A DNA stretch of 64,000 bases. It comes from Rotaria socialis. Lineage: Eukaryota. How positions within the stretch are numbered: position 1 is the first letter of the stretch; each line of letters opens with the position of its first letter. The notes under the pieces were generated by a model. It was given only the letters and a program-made list of their open reading frames with translations, ran no database searches and had not been told where the DNA came from. The position numbers and the translations under genes are program-made. The DNA lies in the NCBI GenBank assembly GCA_905331295.1, contig CAJNYD010000225.1, forward strand, positions 62,001 to 126,000, in the 5' to 3' direction. Below are positions 1-11,694 of the stretch, one piece after another.

Positions 1-22
1 CATTTATATGTACATTCTTCAG

Positions 23-243
23 GTGCCTATAATGTTGTGAAACCGGGTACTTATAAACAAGAACCACCACATTATAGTATGATAGCTAGAAATGAAATGC
101 CAGGCGATTCAACTCAAAAACCAGGTCCTGGTAATTATTCACCTGAAAAAGTTTGGCTCCATAAGCAACAAGCACCTGGCTATTCATTTGGTATCCGACA
201 TTCGATGTATGAAGCTCCACTTATTGTCGAAGTCAAAGAATAA
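23..243 (+). CDS. Terminal exon of ODF3/CIMAP1-like SHIPPO-repeat (PGP motif) ciliary protein; upstream exons lie outside the window
   Basis: Acceptor ttcttcag| at 22. Reads (G)AYNVVKPGTYKQEPPHYSM...KPGPGNYSPEKV...APGYSFGIRHS, matching the PGPG-x-Y and APxYSFG motifs of SHIPPO-1 repeats. Stop TAA at 241-243. Confidence 0.8.
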
Positions 244-2075
244 ATTATTTTTTTCGCTCTGATTTTTTCCTGAACTATAGAACAAAAAAAAAGACACGAT
301 TTTCAATCTTCATTTGTTGCTTGTACGATCTTTTTTTTTATTTTATTTTATATATCAATGATCTCATTTTATGTCTTACAAATGCACTGATCCTTATACA
401 ATTGTCAATTATGTTCTTCTTGTCTAGAAGAGCAAAATCAGTTTACATATATATATATATATAATAGGAGCAATCATAAAAGTGTTTGACCTTGAAAATG
501 TCTTAGTTGTTTTATTTAGCTATACATTGAAACAACTATGTTTTTAGCCTAGGCTATATTATTAATTTTCATGGAGACAACTTTCTAGTTCTTTTTTTTC
601 TCTTAAATGAAGTAATAACTTTGAAAGACTATTCAACGAGTGCTTTTTGTTTTCTAGAATAAATCAATGCTTAACAGACCTTTTCCGTAGAAAATTTTTT
701 TTCCCGTTTTGAAATAAGAACGTTATCACTGTCGAGATAATTCAAAAAACTTTTATATTTTATTCTTTTTAAAAATCATATTTGCAAAAGAATACTTTTT
801 TTTGTACATCATTACTATTATTTGATATAATTATATATCAACGTGGTACACATTTGATTACTAATTATATTGAATGCAGCACGCAACAACGCAATGTTTA
901 CAGTTTCGGACGATAACTATATGAAGAGTTCATTTACACCGGTATATCCTTTCTTCGAAGCATGGAAAAAAGAAGCAAGAAACAAAACGGTAGCTCTTGG
1001 AAACGAATATATCAAAAGTTTGATTATTGTTGTTTCTCTCATGCCATTTATGAAATCATTTGAAATTTTTTCATCGTATCGATTCATGTTTATTTCAACT
1101 TCACCGATAGTTTTCATCTGATCGATTATTCTAGCATCGCAATTGTTTCATAAATACCAAGCTTTTTTTTATTAGATTCTTATTGTTTGTTTAGCAGAAT
1201 TGATCTTTTTCAAGTAGGATCGATTTTAAAATGGAATAAAAAAAAACATTTATCTTAAATTCTAAATTAATCTATACGAAGTTATTCTTAATCTTTTACC
1301 TCAACCAACCAATAATAATAAATAAATAGTTGAGCTTCTTTTATTTTAAAATTTTAACAAAATAATCAAAATAAATGTGTAACAGCATTAAAAGATATAG
1401 ACTTTCAGAGTCTAGAAAATACGCGTAAACACTTGGAATAGATCGCAAGTCACTTTACTAGAATCGACAAAATAGTGGATTTATTCAATATAATTGGATC
1501 TGTAAAGCTAGTTTGTTTACTATTGCCAAAAAAATATACTTTATAGTCCATATTCATAATACGTGTATATTAAAAAAACCCAATGTTGTCATCAAGTACT
1601 ATCTTTTGCTTAGATTGAAGAATACTAGTCATGAGCAAGCAAGATTAAATTAAACGAAAACTTCCAAAAGTATGTTTTATTACTTGAAACTTTTTGCTTA
1701 AGATATAACGAATCGAAAAGCATACATTTGTGCATACGCGTATAGGATGATACGAGAAAAGTCTGAAGGAATAATCAAAAGAAAAAAGATCGGTAGATCC
1801 TTGACTTTTAGTCACTAGTACAAATACTTTGTTCTAAAGCTCATCAATACTTATATCTCAAAGCAGGTTTTTTTTATTCCTGTGTCTCTTATGAATATGG
1901 ACTAACTATATTCTTCGATAAACGATAAACAAATCAGTTCATTTTGTTGAATAGTAGTGATCGGATTCAAATTTTTATTTAGTAAAGTGACTATTGACCT
2001 ATTTATTATATGAATCGTTCATTGTACGAAAGTTATTTCTATTTCGAGTTTCAAATACTCAGTGTGCAACAACAA

Positions 2076-5000
2076 TTATTCATCGGCAGTCAATGATGTT
2101 AATAATTTATAACGATAGTTAAACGTATTAGACGATGATTGAAAATTTTTACGACGAGATATGAATGATCGAATGTTTTTTGCAGAAAATATCACTAATA
2201 ATATTATCGAAGTTATACATATCAGAAGTGATATTTTCACTGTGTTTGTATATGATCGATGATTAGGCAGAGTATTTTTCATTCGATTAATTGTTCTAAA
2301 AAGCGCCAATGTAAAGTTATACGTATGCAAATAATTTAAAAAGAACAGACCGCAATGGAAAAAATCGAGTTCTATAAAGTATAGCACCAAGTGTCCATTG
2401 AACATCATTATTGTTAATAAGAGACGCCGAACGTAAACGTTGATAATTTAGTGGAAATTTCAAACCATCATGTAGAAATGCGTAAAGCCATGCAGATTTA
2501 AAACATTGTAAACTAAATAGAGAATTCAATATTGTTACATCATATTAGTAATACATTCTTTGCACTTGAAACAAGTGTTTTTTTAAGAAGAAGCGACTAC
2601 GTTGCCAAAGCTGTTTTTTTATCTCGAAATACAATAAAAAATGTCGCCATCGAATCATAATGCTATTTCAATTCTACTCTTATATAATACATTTGATCGC
2701 TTCTCATTTCATTTGTGAGCATAGTTTTATTAGCAATATTGTCGTCATGATGAAATCATGAGTAGAGTAAAATATAAGAAATCTATGTATTAACTGTCTA
2801 TTTGATTACCATTAAGATTAAATTACATAATAATAACAAAATAAAATACGTCAAAGCAATCTACATATTTTATTCTCTATACGAATATCATTGATATTAA
2901 CATTGAAAGACTTACACTAAACGGTCCGTCTTAACATTTACATGTGAGTTATCATTATACCACTGTCGAATATCATTCCAATTTGCATTGCAAAATGCCT
3001 GAAAATAATATAAATATTGACAGTAAGCTTCTAACACTCTCCTACTTACTGTTGAGGCATTAAGAAAAGCTAATCGAGTATAAGGACCACCAATTTTTAA
3101 AATATCTTCAATGAAAAAATGATTAAAAACAAAATCACATGATATTCTGTTGTTCAAACCTTCCATTGTATACCAAAATTCTGAAAATCCATAAAAATCT
3201 TGCACGTCATAATTTATTTGTGGCTGATAAACACCATTAAATGAACATGGTTTTTTTAGGCATGTTGCATTTAAATTAAGTAACGTAACTAAATGTTTTG
3301 TACAATTTACAAAATCACCTTCGCCTATTACTGTAATGGTTTTATTATTTCTTGTATAATTTCTTGAGTAACCACGCGGTAAACAATCAGCATCGTTGAT
3401 TCGAATAAGAGGAGAATCGACAAGTGATGCACTAAGCAAGTATATATATATATATAGGTTTTATCTATCATTCAAATACTTATACTGTAGAGCAATCGAA
3501 ATGATGCGATCAATATAATTATCAAATGCTTTATTTGCGCCATAACCAAGAAATGTTGTTACATAGATTTTATATTTAAACATTTCTTGATGTTGATCAT
3601 AACCTAAGGAATATTCTACAACTTCTTGACCTACTGCTGATGCCTCAAAATATGAAAATTAAGTCGAAATAATATAAATAAATAGGACAATAATTTACTG
3701 AGTTTGAAACTTCGACTAGAGAAAAAAAAGTAAAAACAGTAATTCTTCATAATAATTAATTTAAAAATAAGCTCACAGGCTATTTGTGCAGATGCACCAC
3801 CCATGTCAAGAACACCGACTGTAGCTTGTCGCCCTTTAGAATTCAATTTCCTATGATCATCAGCTTTTGACTCTACATAATTGATTAGCAAGACTAATAT
3901 TTTCTTTTTAAATTCAATTATATTGAATTTACTTGATTCACTAGTATCATCTTGAAAGCGACCAAGGACATAATTGATAGCTATCCAACTATAGATGCCT
4001 TCGAGTTGACCTGAAATCACTTGAATGTGTGTTTTTTCAATTAGAAATTTATAATCTCGTATAATATCATTGAATAAATCGTCAATTAACTGTTTTTGTT
4101 GTCTATAATGCATTAAAAACAACATCGAATCAGGTGTACTTATAAAAGTTGTTCATACCTTGGTGTTAAAAAACGAAGACCAGCTGTTGCGAGAATATAC
4201 ACTTGACAAACAAATGTAATAGAAGAAAAATAATAGAAGACATAAAAACTTACAAGGTGTATCAGCATGTTTAACTGAAGGAATGCTTTGTGCAGCAAAG
4301 TCTAAAAAAGACAGAGAATAAGTAAATCGAAGTAAGAGAAACAAAGAGTGTAGATCCTGATGAAATTATGATTTTAACTTTTGAAAACTTTGAAGTAATT
4401 CTACATTTGTTTTCGGAAGATAATTTAAACTGTTCATCATGAGTAAAAATTGGAGTAGACTGAATAAAAATTTATTTCTGTCTATTTTATTAGATTTTAA
4501 TAACTTTTTAATTTCTTCATCATCTATTGCTCAATTGAATTATTTACATTGATTTCATTGCTATGAAACAATACATCACACTGTCATATGTATATTGTAA
4601 TTCAAATTTTGATCATAACTGTTTCGCATACATGTAAATTCTAGTCTGAGAATTCTCTTTTAAAAGGATTTCTTCTTATAAGAATAGACCAATAAACATG
4701 ACAAAAAAAGTCTTCCTACCCAATAATGATTTTAAATATTCAGTTGCATTCATCGGTGTTTTTGCCATAGATGAGAGACCTAATAGTCAAACAAAATAAT
4801 TATTACATGTATTTGAAAGAAAAAATATCAATAACCTGGTTCAATTTTTTTAACTACTGGCATTCCTTCTTTATCAAGTAATTGTTTTATTTTTAATAAT
4901 TCATCGGGTTTTCCTGAATGCTCTGGCCAAATATAAATGTAAAGTCTTGATCCACTACTGCCACAATCGATGACTACGCCATAATATAAATCAGAATCGT

Positions 5001-8000
5001 CGTTCGCGCTTTCCTTTGATATATTAATATCGGCAGCATGACCATTTTGAACTGGCTCTTGATCTCGAATTGCGTTGAGTGTTGAAGAATTTGCCTAATA
5101 GAAATAAAATAAGAAAATACATAGAAACATCTTAGAAGAAACAAGAGAATCAATTTAAAGGAAATGATAACTTTCGTGTTTATTCAGAAAAAAAGGAAAT
5201 CAAACATCAGAAGAACTCTATTGAAGACTTTTTAAAACATCATTTGATAAGAGATGTTCTTCAGTTAACAACGATATTCCTAATTGATCTTCTTGTTTTA
5301 ATGGTTGTGCCATATCTTTAAGCCATTTTTTAACAATTTGTACACATTCTTCAATGGATAAATTAGCTAAACTATCAGTTAAATATTCTTGTATCCATTT
5401 TGGAATTTTTTGCCGTTTATCCGAACGTAAAAAACGTTTATCTGCAAATATCATAATACCATAATCACTTTTACCACGTAATACACGACCAACGCATTGC
5501 GCGGCATGACGCATTGCATCAAATGTTAAAAAATCGTTTTCACGTATTTGAAAATTTTCTCGTAAATAATCAAGACGTGCTTGTAATATACGGGATTGTG
5601 TATAAACATATGGAATACCGAACATAATAACACATCGACCAAGATGATTATCAAAATCAACACCTTCACTCACTTTACCACGTGCAACTGACAGTAAAAC
5701 TGCACCACGACCGTTATCACAAGCTTTTTGATAATTATATAATGCTAATGATGTTTCAACACTATCAGGTGTTTCAATAAATAACAATTTATATTTTTGA
5801 ACTTGTCCAATTATGCCTAATTCGTACCATGTTGCAACAACATGTTCCATATAAATGTAGGAAGTAAAAAAACAAACAATGCCATCAGGCACATGTGTAC
5901 ACATTTCAATAAGTAAAATACCATAATTACGAATAACAGATTGATCTTCACGTAGCTCAAATTTTGATGTTATTGCTATTTGATCATTGCCTCGTGTGAC
6001 TATCAGCGGTAGAATACATGGACGTGTTAATGTCATAGTAAATGTTTCCATAATTGCCGGAGTAAATGAAAGAATTTTTGGATACATATCAATAGGTGAA
6101 AGAGTACCTAAAACATAATAAAATTAAATGGATTAAATTTATTCAACTATGATTGTCATCACTTGTTTTTTCTATTGTCCGTTATAGATAAATCTCTAGA
6201 TTAGAAAGAAGATAGTACGAAATGATTTGAATGCAATTAGCAAACTCAAATGCGATTTTCTTGAAAGACAATTTTTCTTTAGCATTCGCACGAGTATTTG
6301 AACTGGTAATTAAAATCGAAAAAAAGACATATTCAATAATATGCTGACTTTGCTGAAATATATCAAACGGAATTCTATACAAAGAATATGAAATTTATGT
6401 TTCGAACTAAATAGATTTTAATAAAAAAAGTATGATGTTGTAATTAAGTATTCACATATTCATTCAAACACATTATCAGTTAATCTGGTTCTGTTTTTCG
6501 AAGAAAGAAAAACTCCAATTTCTGTTTATTGATCGATGATATTTTTCATTAACAAATATTGTTTTTTTCGAGATACACAATCTATTGAAATCATAAATTA
6601 TATTAAGAAATATGCTAAAACATATCATATTTTTTAGAAAAAAAAATTATTTTATATCAGAATTTAGTTTATGTAAACTAGTACATTTCATAGTTGAATA
6701 AAGATTTTAATTGTAATAAATTTCGATGTATGTGCGTATAAAGAAATAAGCATAAGCTTCTCTCTCTCTCTCTCATTCACTATTATTTCTTAACATACGT
6801 ATAACATAATACACAGAAATATTCATGAAGAATCCTATGATTTTAATCTGTTGAGCATTTAAAAAAACGTTGATTCTCCTCGTTTCATCATCATCATCAT
6901 CATCATTATATTTAAATAGTTTTTACAATATTTTCGTTGTTAAAATTTTATTTTACCTGATGTAATGATAACCGATTGAAATCGATCGAATACTGGCTTA
7001 ATAGCAATAGATGAATCGAGACAAGCAAAATGTAAAACAGGATTGTAAACTGTTGATTTACTATCAAAAAAAGGTTCAATAATTAATGCAAAGCCTTTTG
7101 TATATGTACTGATAATTGTTGCGAAATTACAAAGTAACATAAGTGGTTGATACATATGTATATCACGTGTTTCAAGTGTACGTAATAATGAACGTAAACG
7201 TTCGGAACAAAATCTTAGTGGTTTTCTTTCAATACAAACACGTACTTGTAAATCTTTTAAAAATGATGGTGGTGATTCTCTAACAACATGTTGAATATTC
7301 ATTCTTGTTTTCATATATTCTAAAAATCTTTTGACAAATATAAGAAAATGTTCTGCTTGTCGAATGTTTCCTGGAATATTTTCTTGTAAAACATGTTCCG
7401 GTAATATTGGATTTGTTAGAATAACATCTGTTTCACGTTGTATAGCTTGTTCACGCAGACCTCTAACAAGATTTTCATATTCAGTTCTTAAACGACTTGC
7501 ATCATTTTGTTTTTGATTTTGAACCAGTAATTTTAGATTTTCAACATTTGCTTGTGCACGTTCAAGTATTTTGCGTGTCAATGTAATTGACATTGAATCA
7601 ATACAAACATTATCAATATTATGTGCTTCATCGAAAACAATTATTGATGTTTTTGGTAATTCTTTTGAAACTATTTCAGCAATTTTCGGATCTAATAAAT
7701 AATGATAAGAATAAACAATAACATTTGCATGCGTTAATATATAACGCGTAAGAAAATATGGACACCAATGTTTTGCTTTGCCATATAATTTCAAATCTTC
7801 TAAATTATATACACCATATGGAATGTTTCCTTCACGTCCATTTATATCATATTGTTCGTAATAAGAACAGGTTTTTATTGAACTATCCTGTTTCGATTGT
7901 TCACGTATATATGATGCCGTTAAATTCATACATGCACTATCAACTTCTTTTCCTAAACGTAATTGACCGACTTCAGGATGAACACATAAATTTTTTCTTG

Positions 8001-8571
8001 AGCTCATTGCAATACCAATAAATTTTTGTTTTTCATTTAATTCTTTTTCATAATACGCAATCAGACGTTTCATTTCTGACATAACTTTTTCTATTTCTGG
8101 TACTGTACGACTACAATAAACTAATTTGTTATATTGATCAGGATAACGTTTCATATAAGCAATAATAAGTGATAAAAGCGTGATGGTTTTTCCAGTTCCT
8201 GATGGCATTTCAAGTATACAATGGCCTTTATGGTCAAGACCGCGTTTGAGTGCTTGCATATATTTATATTGTTCAGGATAAATAAAATCATATGGCATAT
8301 ATACAAGTAATCCATCTATATTCAATTTCATTCTTCTGTTTGTTTTTTCTATTCTATCTAAAACATCTCACTCGAACGAGTGGTCTCAATTTTATTTGCT
8401 TTATTATAATATTTATATTTAGAAATTTTCAGATGTTAAAATTAACAATAAGAAGGAAAAAAACAGAACTCATACCCGGCTTAGCATTAACCATAAAAGA
8501 AAACAGCTGAACACCACCGATGTTGTCATCACTAAATATCTCCTATTACCGCCGGATATCTGAAATGCCAT
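2076..8571 (-). CDS. Ectonucleoside triphosphate diphosphohydrolase, ENTPD4/ENTPD7-like (GDA1/CD39 family), multi-exon, with N- and C-terminal TM helices
   Basis: Apyrase conserved regions lie in successive exons: ACR1 [13 protein letters not shown] (exon 5094-4836), ACR2 [10 protein letters not shown] (~4202-4159), ACR3 [19 protein letters not shown]4 [11 protein letters not shown] and ACR5 VQWTLGA. Also FYGFSEFWY and a C-terminal [16 protein letters not shown]. Proposed exon 1 is 8571-8476 ([32 protein letters not shown]|gtatga, phase 0), joining the phase-0 acceptor tattag|GCA at 5094. Confidence 0.9.
5218..8331 (-). CDS. ERCC2: TFIIH helicase subunit XPD; two exons (8331-6957, 6107-5218), about 754 aa
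   Basis: N-terminus [22 protein letters not shown], Walker A MPSGTGKT, four Fe-S cysteines (NLCVHP, SACMNL, KTCSYY, WCPYF), DEAH box, IITSG|TLSP across a GT-AG intron (6956-6108), [23 protein letters not shown] and C-terminal EDQLGISLL. Confidence 0.97.
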
Positions 8572-10989
8572 AGTTTATCAGCACATCTGCAATTTAAGAA
8601 TTATTCCAATATTTTAAAGTCCAATTCAAGATCAACTAAATGTTTATCAATTAAGCATGAAGATATTTATCAAACAAATGAGACGATTATTATTTTTGTT
8701 TAGTGATAGGCAATTGCACAAGTATAAATACCAATCAGAATCCTTGATATTTTTCCATCATGTTCATGTTCACAATGATCTACTCACTGAATGAATGTGA
8801 CTTATGTGAATCGATCGAATATGCTTAGTTTTTGCTGACTATTTCTAAATACATTTCATAAATACGTTTCGGAGCTAAGCTAAATCTTATGACTTTTATA
8901 TATTTTGAATCAGTGTAATTACTTGTAATAATTATGCTGGTAACCCACTGCAAACAAATTGATAGATGGCGCTCTGTATTGACAGGTTTTATCAGCTACA
9001 TTGACTTTTTGGATGTAGTTTTCACGTTTTTGTTATTCATGGTCAAAATACTATATAAAAAAAATTCTCACTTGTGCGTTATTTTTCTGTATAATTATCA
9101 TAGCTGAGTCTCCCTCTAGAAATTCCCTGTGATTTACGACACGGATTACCTGAAAATTTCTAAAGGAGTTTTCATAAAATTGTCATATAAGTCCCAAAGA
9201 CTTGATAAGCATTACAACAGATAGATCTATTCACACTTTTTCCACATTTATTCAGTTTTTCGTTGCATTTGTAAAAGCAAATATCTATTTTCTTCCAAAT
9301 ATCTAGGTTGTTGTTACGTTAGAAGAATTGGTCATCTGTGGCGTTCAACAAATCTCGATCCAGTGGAGGAATTCCGCGCATAAATGGTGGCAACTCACGT
9401 GAAAACGATAAGTTATCGTGGAGAATGCTCATGTAGAAGTCTAAATGATATTTATCACGTGAAGAAATCCATGTTCAAAAAAAGAATTATTTCCTTGAAT
9501 AGCTTTCTATTCTTGTATACTTTCATGCGTATTAAAGAAAACTATGAATACATGCATTTACTTCTTCATAAATTCTGTAGAAGATAGTCCACTACCGATT
9601 CATTTATTTCATTTGATTGAGTTGTCAAAAATAAACTGCGCAAATACATCTGTGAATTTGTTATAGAAATGATGGAGTGAATCATCTACATCCATATCAG
9701 TTTGCAAATGACTACGCATCTGTATAATTATATTATCCTATTTGCGAACCGTCCATCGACAATATCTATCATGTTGTCATATAGACTTACGCAGTATTCG
9801 ATCAGAAATTGACTATAGTAGATTTTCTGAAAGCTTCGAAGAATATTGTGTAAACGAAATCCTTGATAATATTATCACATCTATTTACTTTTTTGAGCCA
9901 CTCAAAAGTAATTTTAAAAGTATCCTGTTACTGAATAAACTTTGGAATTTCACCCAACACTGTCTAATAAGTGAGTTCTTTGTTAATTAAACGTTAACTT
10001 TAGCCAATATTTATATGATTGTATCTAAATTTCTTTTTCATTTTCAGGGAAGATATTCTTACGTGTGTGCTATAAAAAAATTAATTTGCGCATAGGAAAT
10101 TATGGACATTGGTATTGAGAAATGTTGTGCAGTTATTACATCAATAGACAATATTTATCCGAGTAAAAAATGAAGACAAATTTATATTCAGCTGTTGATT
10201 ATGAATCATAAGCAAAGTTATTATAATTAAGAACCAAAATAATAGCAAGAAATGAATAGCAATGTCGACGAATAGACCAAGTCACTCGTGACATATGAAA
10301 ACATCTTTCTACGTTTCTATTTTGTTATCTCGCTAAGTGCATGAACAAGCAATCATCTTGAATATGGGAGTAGAATCAAAGTAAAAGGTCCACGTGATAC
10401 CCTTTCTTTTTGTCGCTTAACATTGATAAGATAGGTGTATCATTTTCTGTTGAAAAACGAAAATTGTCAGCATCATTGTGATTAAAAGGAAAATAACTGA
10501 TACAGATAACGACTTCAGCAACAATACTTTTATGTATATAAGTAAAGAATTTTGCGTGGATCATATTACTTTAATTTTTCAGTTTTATTCACTACACAAA
10601 ATTATTCATACACTCATCAACAGGTAAGAAGAATTGATAACTACTGTTAACATTAAAAATATTGTCTTAGTGAAGTATAAATGTAGTAAACAATCTTTCT
10701 CAACAATTGAGTAAAACAACACCGATGTACTCATTTTCATAAATTCATTACGTATCTAAAAGTTTCTTTGAAGAATTTCAATAGTATACTGTTACGACTT
10801 CTTGTAGTACCGAATAATGAAACTCTCATAATGGTTGTTCTCATAATAGATGTTCACTTTCGGTATCATTCAACATAAACGACTTTCGAGCTCGATTAGA
10901 TAGACATTATTGGATATGCCCTGTCTATTTTCATTATCAGATTTTTTTACTATATATTTAACTTTCTAGCTAATTTGTCTTGCTGAAAA

Positions 10990-11694
10990 ATGATGCTTCA
11001 CTATGTAACTTTAATTTTGGTCGTGTTAACCATGGCACAATGTCATAGCTTTCTTCGAAGCGAATACATTGGTTCCAAAGATCGATTAATCAATAAAAAT
11101 CGAAACAATAATATTGTTAGTAGTCGTGCAGTCAAGCCAGTTAGCGACAGTGATTCTGCAGCTCTTAATCCTGATTTGTTCTTTCCACCACTTCCCGGAC
11201 AGTCGAATAATGATTTTCATCCACAATTACGTCGTCTTCCATCTGGAAGCGACCCATTATATTACTATTCGTGGCATATTCATACCTATTTCTTTCATGA
11301 AAATGCCAATGTAACTGCACGTGCTCTTGCTATTCGAGAGCAGTTCATGGGCTATTTTAACATTAAAAAATGCGAAGGAAATTGTTTTATGGGTGGAATA
11401 TTTGATAATTGTACACGCATGTGTGTTTGGGATCCAGTAATGGGTGTGGATGGACCACATCCATACGGACAATGGGGTGTCTATTTACCCAATGAACTAT
11501 TGATGGATACATTATCATGGATGTCAACAAATCATGGTGAATTCGAGGTTCTATTTCATCCCAATACAGGAGAAATGATCGGTGATCACGATAGTCAACA
11601 ACGAGCAGTATGGATCAAACAACAAGTACCCCTTGATCTGGATTTCCTCAGATGGTTACAATGCAAATGGTTCGGATGCGTTGATAGTTTGTGA
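10990..11694 (+). CDS. DOPA 4,5-dioxygenase family protein (fungal/bacterial DODA type), intronless, with predicted signal peptide
   Basis: Motifs YSWHIHTYF, GPHPYGQW, VLFHPNTG, GDH..RAVW and PLDLDFL occur in the order typical of the DOPA_dioxygen family (Amanita DODA type). Hydrophobic N-terminus MMLHYVTLILVVLTMAQC. Confidence 0.8.
   Translation: MMLHYVTLILVVLTMAQCHSFLRSEYIGSKDRLINKNRNNNIVSSRAVKPVSDSDSAALNPDLFFPPLPGQSNNDFHPQLRRLPSGSDPLYYYSWHIHTYFFHENANVTARALAIREQFMGYFNIKKCEGNCFMGGIFDNCTRMCVWDPVMGVDGPHPYGQWGVYLPNELLMDTLSWMSTNHGEFEVLFHPNTGEMIGDHDSQQRAVWIKQQVPLDLDFLRWLQCKWFGCVDSL

Noticed and set aside
870..1200. Overlapping 83-aa (+) and 66-aa (-) ORFs
   Set aside because: No recognisable motif or convincing splice structure; at most an unassignable remnant.
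5095..5130. In-frame [11 protein letters not shown] just before the NTPDase ACR1 exon, which could suggest a signal peptide with stop readthrough
   Set aside because: It is the polypyrimidine tract plus the TAG acceptor. A better TM-encoding exon with a matching phase-0 donor exists at 8571-8476.
7331..8021. Plus-strand ORFs inside XPD, and similar antisense ORFs within TOP2, Rap1GAP, Ena and PAP
   Set aside because: Antisense or alternate-frame shadows of real coding exons.
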